Shown here: positions 49,111 through 64,000 of the stretch, piece by piece
Layout of the letters: the number at the start of each line of letters is the position of its first letter
Numbering within the stretch: the first letter of the stretch is position 1
Position numbers and translations under genes: made by a program
The notes under the pieces: generated by a model
Databases searched by the model: none
Seen by the model: only the letters and a program-made list of their open reading frames with translations
Told to the model about the DNA's origin: nothing
Source: the human T2T-CHM13v2.0 reference genome, Homo sapiens
Length of the DNA stretch: 64,000 bases
Assembly (NCBI RefSeq): GCF_009914755.1
Contig: NC_060934.1
Reading direction: 5' to 3' (one strand)

Positions 49111-49476
49111 TTTGTTGTTGTATTAATTTTTTTATTTTAAAATGACTTCAAAATTACAGAAAAGTTACAAGAACAATTCAAAGAGCATTTCACAAGTATT
49201 CACCAATTTAAAAAATTCTGCCACATTTATCATTCTCTCTTCCCTTTTATATCTCTCCCACACACAACAGTCACATATAGTATTGTTCCTGAACCATTTG
49301 AGAATAAGTTGTATATATTATGTTCCTTTACCCCTAAATATTTCAGTATGTATTTCCTAAGAACAAAGATTTTCTCTTATATAACCACAGTACAGTAGTC
49401 AAACTCAGGAAATCTAACACTGATAGAATACTTTCAATTGTAGTCCAAAATCAAATTTTGTTAATTGGTCAAACAA
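49111..49476 (-). mobile_element. Old L1M 3' end fragment between 22-bp direct repeats
   Basis: ttacagaaaagttacaag; tttcctaagaacaaag..ctcttatataaccacagtacag. Confidence 0.7.
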
Positions 49477-49990
49477 TTGTTATCATAGATTTACTTTTAA
49501 CCTCAATTACGCTCAATACTATATTCCTCATAAGTTCTTAGATTCTCTAACAGTGCTTCAAATAATAATGACTTCATGCTCTTAATGCAATTAAGATTCA
49601 TTTAATTCAATACAATTGTCTGTTGTCTATTTACCTCTACTCATATTTTGTATGTTTTTGCAGTTCATATTTTGATAAAATATTGAAATAACTCTTTTTA
49701 TCTACTTTTTTAGTCCTAAATTCTGTTCCCCCTTCTCATTTGGCTGATATATTTTGTCCATCTTTATTTTTAATCTTTCTAAATCCAATTTGATTCTCTG
49801 TTTTAATAAAGGAATGTAAACAGTTCACATTTATTTTATCTGCCTTTTCTCATTTTATTCTCTTTAGTGTTTAATGTTTTTTTCTGTTATGCTTTTTGCT
49901 ATACAGACTCTGGACTTTGTTATTTGTTTTTATATTTCCACAAAGCTGTGAATAACGGACATCTTACTTTTAATTGTACTTGTAGCAATC

Positions 49991-50200
49991 TTTTTTTTTT
50001 TTTTGAGGCAGGGTCTTGCTCTGTCACCTAGGCTGGAGTGCAGTAGCATAATCATAGCTCAATGTAACCTTGAACTCCTGGGCTCAGGTGATCCTCCTGC
50101 CTCAGCCTTCTGAGTAGCTAGGGCTACAGGCGTGCACCACCATACCCAGCTGATTTTTTATTTTTTGTAGAAACAGGGTCTTGTTATGTTGCCCAGGCTG
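49991..50200 (-). mobile_element. AluJ, 5'-truncated
   Basis: Antisense Alu ending at ttgcccaggctg. Confidence 0.9.
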
Positions 50201-50221
50201 TGGAAATAAAAGAAAAGCATT

Positions 50222-50445
50222 CCATCCTGGCTAACATGGTGAAACCCCATCTCTACTAAAAATACAAAAAAAATTAGCCGGGCGTGGTGGTGGGCACCTA
50301 TAGTCCCAGCTACTCGGGAGGCTGAGGCAGGAGAATGGTGTGAACCTGGGAGGCAGAGCTTCAGTGAGCCGAGATCATACCACTGCACTCCAGCCTGGGA
50401 GACAGAGCGAGACTCCATCTCAAAAAAAAAAAAGAAAGAAAAAAG
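50222..50445 (+). mobile_element. AluY, 5'-truncated
   Basis: Begins ccatcctggctaacatggtg; AluY diagnostics present. Confidence 0.9.
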
Positions 50446-50909
50446 GAAAGCAAAACATTCCTGAGCTTAAATTTATCTTAATATCAAAGTGAAATTAGTA
50501 ATTTTTGACCCCATTATGAGAGAAGGATTAAGAGTTTTTGTGTCCCTGTGTCCTCCTTTTTCTTATTTTAAATATTTAATTTGATAATATTATAAATTCA
50601 AATAGTAAAAATTATGTTAGTCACTTATTTCACAGGATTTTTTCTCTTTATTTGGATATTAATAATCAAATTCATCCATCCATGAATTTAATGAATTTTA
50701 ATATAGTTCTTATCTCACTATGCCTTTCCCCATTCTTGGGACCCTAATCTTGATTCCTTTCATAATGATCTAGTAAGCATATTAATTTTTAGAAAGGGGA
50801 TCAGTGTTATAAAAGAGAGACAACTTCTCTTAAATATAGCAGTCTTTCCCCCTCAAGTCATTGGAAATATTCCTCCATTGTCTTGAGAAGTTTGATGCTG
50901 TAAAGAAGT

Positions 50910-51253
50910 TGCTATAGTTTGAATATGTCCCCCCAAAAGCATATGTTCAAAACTTAATCCCCAGTATAACAATGTTGGGAGGCAAGACCTACTGGAGGTG
51001 CTTGGGTCATGAGGGCTCCACCCTGATGAATGGATCAATGCCAATAATAAAAGGACTTGAAGCTGTGAGTTTGTTCTCTTGCTCTTATGCTCTCTTGCCC
51101 TTTGCTTTCTGCCATGGGATGACACAGCAAGAAGGCCCTTGCCAGATGCTGGCCCCTTGATCTGGAACTTCCCAGCCTCCAGAACTGTGAGCCAAATAAA
51201 CTTCTGTTGTTTATAAATGACTCAGTCTGTTGTAGCAGCACAAAACAGACTCA
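50910..51253 (+). mobile_element. MaLR solo LTR (MSTD/MLT1A-like)
   Basis: tgctatagtttgaatatgtcccc start; 5-bp TSD gaagt. Confidence 0.85.
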
Positions 51254-51515
51254 GAAGTTGAGGACAACTGTTTTTTAGCCTGAATGGTTTTTGTTCCCCA
51301 TTTCTGAAATTTACAACTTTCACAATAAGATAACTGGGTATAGACTTCCTTTCAAAAATTTTTGCCTGGGATATGGTAAACCCTCTTGATTTCCAAATTT
51401 AGGACTTATTTAGGAGCAAGAAAGATTTCTTCTGTCACAACTTTGATTAATGCTGCTGTTTTGTTTGTTTGTTTTTTTCTTCTTCAGGGACCTATTTGGA
51501 TCTCTTATCTCTAAA

Positions 51516-51665
51516 TTGCCTGCCTGTGGCCTGCCTGCCTGCCTCCTTCCCTCTTTCTTTCTCTTTCCCTCTCTTTCTTCTTTCTTTCTTTTCTTTTTTC
51601 TTTCTTTCTCTCTCTCTTTCTTTCTCCTTCCTTCTTTATTCCTTTCATTTTCTTCATTTATTTTT
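51516..51665. repeat. CT-rich low-complexity tract
   Basis: (cctg)n followed by (ttct)n, seen directly. Confidence 0.85.
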
Positions 51666-52474
51666 CATTGCATTCTGAGACTATTTTCCTAAGAATTTCC
51701 TCTATATCACTGATTCAATTTTCCTTAACTATCTCCCATATAAACTTTCATTCAGTTACAGTGTTTTTGGCTTCCATGAAATCTTTTATTTTAGCTTGTT
51801 TATGGCAACATCCTCTTGTACAGAGTTCAAAAAAACAAACGATTTCCATCTATTCCTGCTTCATATCTATTTTAGAGGCAAGCTTTTCCTTCATTGTTCT
51901 TTCTATTTTCTTGCAAAATTTATTTAATCTAAGGCCTTATCCTTGAAAGAAAAGAGATTCCTTTTGTATGTATGTATGGATGAATGTGTTTTTCACCTTA
52001 TCCTAAAAAGTATTTAAGGATGTATTAGGGGAGATTTATCCCAGTCTAACGTTGATATGGATGGAATGCATAGTCTGCCCATGGCTCCCTTAGGTTCTGT
52101 TCAGGTCTTGGAAAAATGCAATCACCAAATGCTAGATCCCCATCTAAGTATGAGAAGACATCTAAATCCTCCAGGCAGAAAAGTTCACTCAGACCCAGGA
52201 AAGAAGGCAAAAGTCTCGCCATGTACAGTAGTCATGTTCCAGAAGATAGAGTGACTAGGGCTGTCAGAGTTCTGTCAATATGGTTGTCCAGAGGCATAAA
52301 GGCATTCAGGAAGGAGCCTTTGCTCCTTCCCCACTGAGAGCAAACCTCTGTTGAATTAGGGAGTGAGCTCCTGTTCCACTGCTTAGCAGTTTTCCTCAGC
52401 CTTTTTTTGGATATCATTTCTAAGATCTCTTTAGACTTGTGGTAGCATATGGCTGCTAGTGTGGCTGTTTCTGT

Positions 52475-53348
52475 GAAGAACATTCCACGCAGAGGAACCA
52501 ACATGTACAAAGTCCTGAGGAGAAATTAAGTGTTTAAGAAACAACAAAGAATCCAGTGTGGTTGGAGTGGAGAAAGCAAGGAGGTGAGAGCTGAGAGGTA
52601 GGTTTGGCCTAAATAGAATGTCTAGCATCCTGCAGGCCACTGTATAGCCTTTGGCTTTTACTTATAGAGCAATGGGAAACCACTGTGAGTGTTGAGCACA
52701 GGAGTGACTTTATCCAATTCACGTTTTAATAGGATCACTCTGGCTGCATTGTAGAGAACAGACATAAAGGGATATAAGCAGAGAGACTAGTCGGGAGACT
52801 ACTGCAGTAATACAGGTAAAAGATGATGGTGTCCATTTCCAGGTAGTAGCAGTGGACACGGTGAAAAGTGATTGGATTTGGGATCTAATAGAGCCAATAA
52901 AATCTCCTAGTTGGATTTAGATGGGAAACAAGAGAGGAGGAAACTTGACTCCAAGGTTTTGGGCCTTCCAAGAAACTAGAAGGATGGAGTTGCCTTGAGA
53001 TGAGAAGACTGTAGGAGGAATAGTTTTGAGTGGGAAGATCAGGATCTCGGTTTTGGGTGTGTTAATGTTCCGATGCCTATTTGACATGGGTCTTTCAAAT
53101 AGAGCAGATGGATATACAAATTTGGAGTTTGGGGAAGAAGACTGGACTTGAGATACAAATTTAGGTCATCAGATGGTGTTTAAACTGAGTGAGACAGGAT
53201 TTAAATCCAATGAGACTGGGTAAGTGAGTGTAACTAGAAAAAAAAAAAAACGACAATGCTCTAAGGACTGAGCCGGATGCTCCAACTTTAAAGGTTGGGG
53301 ATAGGAAGAGAAACCGTCCAAGAAGATTGAGAGAGAGAGAGAGAGTGA

Positions 53349-53383
<35 letters not shown>

Positions 53384-53540
53384 GGAGTGGGGGAAGGAGG
53401 ATAAACTAGGTAGGTGAGTATGGTGTCCTGGGAGCCATCGGAGAAAAGTGTTTCAACTGGGTCTAACTGGGTCTAATGCTGCTCATGGGTAAAATAAGAT
53501 GAAACTGAGAATTGACCCTGGCATTTGGCACAGTGAATGT
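52475..53540. mobile_element. L2 fragment containing a (GA)n(GTGA)n(GT)n microsatellite at ~53329-53382
   Basis: L2 phrases aggatcactctggctgc, gactccaaggtttt and ggtgtcctgggagcc. The microsatellite is seen directly. Confidence 0.8.
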
Positions 53541-55007
53541 TGAAAGTTGTTAGTAAAGATTTCACAGGTAGAGGAAGTCTTTTAGGGATGGAAATATTTA
53601 CAGAGAGGTGTGTAACTTCCTGGTGCTGATGTCCATCCAGACTGCAGACATTTTCTGTGAAAGAAAAGCCAGAGGCCTTTCAGGGCCAGGAAGTATGGTC
53701 TTTTTCAATTGTGTTTTTCTCAAAAAGCTTGCTCTAAGATTCACATTGTGAAGACAGCCCAAACTCCAGGCCCCTACCTACTGTTACTCTTCCCAGAACT
53801 GCCTTATGGCTTCAGAGAGCAGATCTGTTTGCAAAACTAATGGAGGATTAGGGCTGGGGAGGAGTAGAAGATCACATTTCAAATGTGGTGTAGGTATCTA
53901 TGCATTTGGCATTTTAAAAAGACTCAGTGGATTTTAGTGCTAGAAGAGACTTAAATATCCTCAAATCTCTTAATTAAAATGAAATCAATTGCATTTGCTG
54001 TTTTAATTACAAAAATAATACAAGTTTATAACAAAATTTAAAATATATAAAGAATAAATAAGAAAATAAAAATTTGTGTAAGTTTACTACTCATAACTCT
54101 GTCATATGACTTTTTAGTCTTTCTCTTGTTCCCTCTCTTTGGCTTACTTTTTATTGTTTTTTAGTATTTATTTTCTACAAATTTGGATCCATGTTATGCA
54201 TACCAATTGTAATCCTCAATTTTACTTTACAGTTTGTCGTGACAATTGAATGGCTTTTACCATATGATCTTTTAATGGCTGCATATAATATTCCATCATT
54301 TGAACATGTACCATATGTCTATTTAACCATTTCCTTTTGGGAAACATTTGAGAAACTTCCAGTTACTTTCCAAATTATTTTTCAAAAACATTTGCAAGTT
54401 ATTTTCCAAATATATAATTATATTATAACTTCTGTGGATTAATCTCATTTCACATCTTTGACAGTTTCTTTAGGATCAATTCCTAAAAGTAGAATTTCCA
54501 AATTTCTTTCCAAATTTCAGCAGTGTATGAGTGATAGAAACATTGAAGTCCTGAGGTGGGAAGGAATGTGCTCATGTTGCACAACTGGTTGGTGGCTGAG
54601 TGTGCCCAGTTCCCTTGCCTTTTTGAAAGAGCCCCTCTCCTTTTCTTCCTACCATGCTTTCTATAGCATTTCAGCCTCCTTTTAGTGATGTCCCGTATGA
54701 CTCCTTGGACCTTGATGACATTTAACCTTTTCCTGAAAACTCTTGGCTCCCACTTATCCCAAACTAGTCCCCCAGTGTATCTCTGGGCATGAACTCTGAA
54801 CAATTAGAGATGTCCTTTTTCATGAGAGAAGATGTACACTTCTCAGATACATTTTCTCTTTAGGGGTACAAATGTTTTCCCATTAGTCAAGAACTGCCAC
54901 CCATTAGATATTCCTTCATGTATCCGAAGGCTTCCTGGAGTTTTCCTGACTTCTTTTTAGCTTTACTGATCATATATTTTCTCTCTAAAATCTTACTCAC
55001 TGTAGTA

Positions 55008-56760
55008 CAGACATACTTTAAAGTTATTGCAAGTTTTGTTCCAGACCGCTACAAAGGAAGTAACATGATTAAAAGAGTAGTATGAATTTTTGGTTTCCCA
55101 GTGCATATAAAAGTTATGTTTACACTATACTGTATCTATTAAGTGTACAATAGCATTATGTTTAAAAAAATGCACCTTAATTAAAAATACTTTATTGCTA
55201 AAAAAATGCTAACAGTCATCTGAACCTTCAGTGAGTGGTACTCTTTTTGTTGGTGGAGAGTCTTGCCTTGATGTTTATGTTGCTGACTTATCAGGAGTTG
55301 GTTGCTAAAGGTTGGAATGGCTGTGGCAATTTATTAAAAGAAGACAACAATGATGTTTACCACATTGAATGACTCTTCCTTTCGTGACAGATTTCTCTGT
55401 AGCATGTGGTGCTGTTTGATAACATTTTACTAACAGTAGAACTTCTTTCAAAATTGGAGTCAATCCTCCTCCAGCACTCCTGCTGTTTCATTGAGCAAGT
55501 TTACATAATATTCTAAATCCTTTGCTGTCATTTCAACAATGTTCACAGTATCTTCCCCAAGAGTAGATTCCATCTCAAGAAACCACTTTCTCTGTTCATC
55601 CATAAGAAGCAACTCCACAGCTGTTCAAGTTTCATCATGAGATTGCAGCCATTCATTCACATCTTCAGGCTCCACTACTAATTCTAGTTCTCCTGCTGTT
55701 TCCATCACTTCTGTAGTCACTTTCTCCACTGAAGTCTTGAGCCCCTCCAAGTCATTCATGAGGGTTGGAGTCAACTTCTTCCAAACTCCTGTTAATATTG
55801 GTATTTTGACCTCCTCCCATGAATCATGAATGTTCTTAATGGCACCTAGAATGGTAATTTTTGTCCAGAAGGCTTTCAATTTACTTTGCCCAGGTCCAAC
55901 AGAAAAATCATTATGTATGATAGCTATAGCCTTATTAAATGTATTTCTTAAATGAGACTTGAAAGTCAAAATTACTTTGTTTTGTGTTGCTATAAAGGAA
56001 TACCAGAGACAGGGAAATTTATAAAGAAAGAAAGTTTATTTGGCTCACAATTCTGATGGCTTGAAAGCTCAAGATTGGGCATCTGGCGAGGGTTTCAGGC
56101 TGCTTCCACTCTTGGAGGAAGGTGAAGGGGAGCCAGAGTGTGCAGAGATCACATGGTGGGAGAGGAAGCAAAGTATAGAGAGGCCGGTGCTAGCCTCTTT
56201 TTAACAACCGCTCTCATGGGAACGAATAGAGTAAGAGTTCACTCACCCCCAAAGAAGGTCATTGATCTATGCATGAGGGATCTGCCCCCATGACCAAACA
56301 CCTCCCATTTGGCCCCACCTCTAACACTGGGGATAAAATTTCAGTATGAGGCTTGGAGGAGACAAATATCCAAACCGTAGCACTCCTTGATCCATAGACT
56401 GCAGAATGGATGTTGTATTAGCAGGCATGAAAACATTTATCTTCTTGTATATCTTCATCAGAGCTCTTGGATGACTAGGTGCATTGTCAATGGACAGTAA
56501 TATTTTGGAAGGAATTTTTTTTTTCTGAGAAGCAGACATCAACAGTGGGCTTAAAATATTCAGTAAACCTTACTGTAAACAGATTTATGGTCATCCAGCC
56601 TTTTTTGTTCCATTTATAGAGCACAGGCAGAGCAGATTTAACATAATTCTTAAAGGCCCTAGGATTTTCAGAATGGTCAATTAATAATGGCTTAAACTTA
56701 AAGTCACTAGCTTCATTATCCTTTAACAAGAGAGTCATCCTGTCCTTTGAAGCTTTGAAG

Positions 56761-56762
<2 letters not shown>
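55008..56762 (-). mobile_element. Tigger1 3' half, interrupted by an MST LTR and truncated at the L1 junction
   Basis: TA|cagacatac terminus; colinear with 22012-23655; DDE-region peptides [12 protein letters not shown] and [15 protein letters not shown]. Confidence 0.93.
55977..56382 (-). mobile_element. MSTB-like MaLR LTR
   Basis: gctataaaggaatacc...tttggctcacaattctg...atccaaaccgtagca. Confidence 0.88.
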
Positions 56763-61380
<4,618 letters not shown>

Positions 61381-62944
61381 AGATGTTTCTAATGACAGAC
61401 AGGGAAAAGAAAACTGACAAGACCCAGGCAGTTGACTTGACTCTTGTTAGAGCTCAACAGGTGGTTTGTAGTTGAGGAAGTGTCAATGGCTAAAAGATAT
61501 GAGAAAATATCCAACTTCACTGGTAGGCAAACAAAGTAAACTAAAACAGTGAGGTACTATTTTTCACATACCTAAAAGATTTTTTTCTTAATATCCAGTG
61601 TTGTTGAAAATGTGGGGAAACTAATATTCCCTAACTGTTGGCTAGAATGCAATGGATAAAATTTGACATTTTGCTCTACTTTTTAGGATATGTCCTCAAC
61701 CTTATCTTTTAACCTTTTTGTTAAAATTTCTTATTTTGGTTATTACTGTTTAAATTTCTAAAATCTTGTTTTTATTTTCTGATAGTTTATTTAAATAAAA
61801 TTGTACACTTTTTTGGTATCATGGATGCAATATTTTCTCCTCTCTCTGATGATAGTAATTAATGTTTTCTTCTTTGTTTCCTCTGTTTTTTTAACTGTGT
61901 TTTTAACTTTTCATTTATGTCTTTCATGTTGAAGACCTTTTCACATATTATCTTACTTAATCTTCACTCAGTTCTATCAGGTTAATATTATTATCCTTGT
62001 TTTATAGTTAATGAGTCTTAGAGAGTGTATCATTGTTTTATTTCTCTTACCATGGGCAGCTGAAAAAATTGTTGGTCATAGACCAAAAGTACTGGTCACA
62101 GACCAGCCAAATCCACAGTCCAGCTTCTTAATCTAGCTGGATTCTCTGTTGAATCCTTAAAATCTCTCCTCACCACCTCCCTAACCCCAACACTTGTCTC
62201 ATTATATTAGACAACTTTGTTAGAATTTTTTCCAAGTTGAATTAAAGTCTTTCTCCTTCCCTTTACCTTTCCACTGTCATTAGAACTAGTTCTGCCCTGT
62301 AGACCATAGAGATCCTCTCCCATTTCTACATCTCCTTCCATAGGAGATAGTCCCTCAAATATTTGAAATGATACTGTCATGATTCCTCCACATCTGCCAT
62401 TCCCCAGCCTGAAGAGGCCTGGTTCTGCCTACTTTATTCTGCACCTTTGTGAAATTCTGCTTGGCTAACATTTTTGGAACGCTTTGGACCATGTTCTCTC
62501 AAAGTCTCACTTTAAGTGTGTGTCTATAACTTAACATAGGGTCCAGATATGCTCTGAAAGACTTAACCTCAAATGGGATACTGTCATTTTATTAATGTAT
62601 GCTGGAGTTGGCTTAGTTTCAATTTGAGGAATTTCATGTGCTGCAACTTCTTTTCCTAGAAAGTAATACTTTTGATGTTTCTCACAAATTATAATTTCTA
62701 GGACTCTGAGCTGCCTACTTCTACTTACTCCTTTTTAGTTAGGGTTGTGTGTGTGTGTTGTCCTTACTGGTTACTGCTTTTACCTCCTAGGGTCTTTTTT
62801 TCAAGGCCATTTTCACTTAACCTTAGCTATTAAGCCCAAGTGGAGGTGCTAAGGTGATTTGAAAAATGGAAATATCTTAATTTAAATTGCACAAACAAAC
62901 ACTATCGTGCATATTTGAGAAGTAAAATACAATGTAAATGGGGG

Positions 62945-63130
62945 CTTTTCAGGCACCATGTTAAGCACTTGGTATATATTATTTCATTTGGCTTTTATAA
63001 CAGCATTATGAGGTGAGAACTGCTGTTATTCTCAATTTAGATGTGAGGAGGTGTGGCTAGTTCGATACAACTAGGAGGGCCAGAGGTGTATTGCAGACCT
63101 AAACATACCAGACTCAAGACTAATACTGCT
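62945..63130. mobile_element. MIR
   Basis: caggcaccatgttaagcactt...atgaggtgagaactgctgttattctc. Confidence 0.65.
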
Positions 63131-63269
63131 GTTACCCACAGAAATGAAGCTCACATATTGTATTTTATGCCAATTATAGCTGATGTTGTTGGAAGGAATT
63201 ATATAATCTGCTGAGGTGTATTGCATACTTCTCATCTTTAACAGAACATACCAAACATAAAAACTTTTA

Positions 63270-63372
63270 TTTGATAGGTTGAGGTGATGATATTGAACAT
63301 CTGTCCTCCCATGTTCATTGTAGCACTATTCACAATAGCTAAGATTTGGAAGCAACCTAAGTGTCCGTCAAA
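63270..63372 (+). mobile_element. L1MA fragment
   Basis: cccatgttcattgtagcactattcacaatagctaagatttggaagcaacctaagtgtcc. Confidence 0.75.
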
Positions 63373-64000
63373 CATTAATTTTTGTGGCCCTTTAAGTAAG
63401 AATAAATATGTGGCCCTATAAATATGAATCTTATGTATATTTGTATAGACAGTGCCAAGCATATTGTAGGCAACTATGATTCAAATCACTGCACACATGC
63501 GTATTGAATGAGTACATGAATGAATCAATGAAGTTATAAAACAGCAATGACCTCAAGGTCTATTAAAGTTTTTAGAACTATTTGCCACTACACTAAATCT
63601 TTTATAAACTGTTTTGCTTTATGAGTCTATGTGTCTGCTTTTTGTAATTTTTTTCCCTTCTCCCTGTCATTGTAAATAGAATATCTATGGACATGAAATG
63701 TGCCTGAAGTTCTTTGCAAATGGAAGACTAAAAGGAAGTTGCCCCAGGCAATTCAGATCATTGTGTCCAAGAGAGGAACAAACTCATGTTTGATCCAGGT
63801 CATGACTGTATTCAAGGGCTTTGATCCTAGGTGTGGGGTCCAGCTGTAGGGGCATCAGGGAAGTACATTCTTGGTCTGTGTCCAAGTCCTTGGTCAGGGA
63901 AGTCTGTCTTAGCACCATGGAGACAGGGGAAACTGAATTCAGACCTTATGTGACAGGAGTGGACTAAAACCAGTGCATGCATATGATCCAGCAATTCCAT

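Overview
Primate (human-like) genomic DNA, mostly interspersed repeats. The only host coding sequence I can see is two short alternative first coding exons of ENTPD1 (CD39) on the + strand: MGREELFLTFSFSSGFQ at 38817-38868 and MEDTK at 39342-39357. Both end in phase 1 at GT donors, and everything to the right is intron 1. The left end (450-7974) holds an antisense HERV-W processed pseudogene (R-U5-gag-pro-pol-env-U3-R-polyA) with several internal deletions, a nested AluY and a nested 5'-inverted L1. Other elements are a MER11 solo LTR, two Tigger1 copies, a Tigger3-type element, MaLR LTRs, about 20 Alus, old L1M/L2/MIR fragments and an antisense L1PA (56761-61380) that keeps its 5'UTR. I found no convincing new multi-gene system. 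The best leads are: (1) a possible in-frame L1 ORF0-like/CD39 fusion from the L1 antisense promoter; (2) an in-frame L1 ORF2/Tigger1 chimeric ORF; (3) a 27-bp templated insertion copied from 1.3 kb away; (4) small TSD-flanked inserts that look like orphan retrotranspositions; (5) a candidate antisense polyA site. Repeat families and subfamilies were called by eye from recalled consensus sequences, and boundaries are approximate unless TSDs are quoted.
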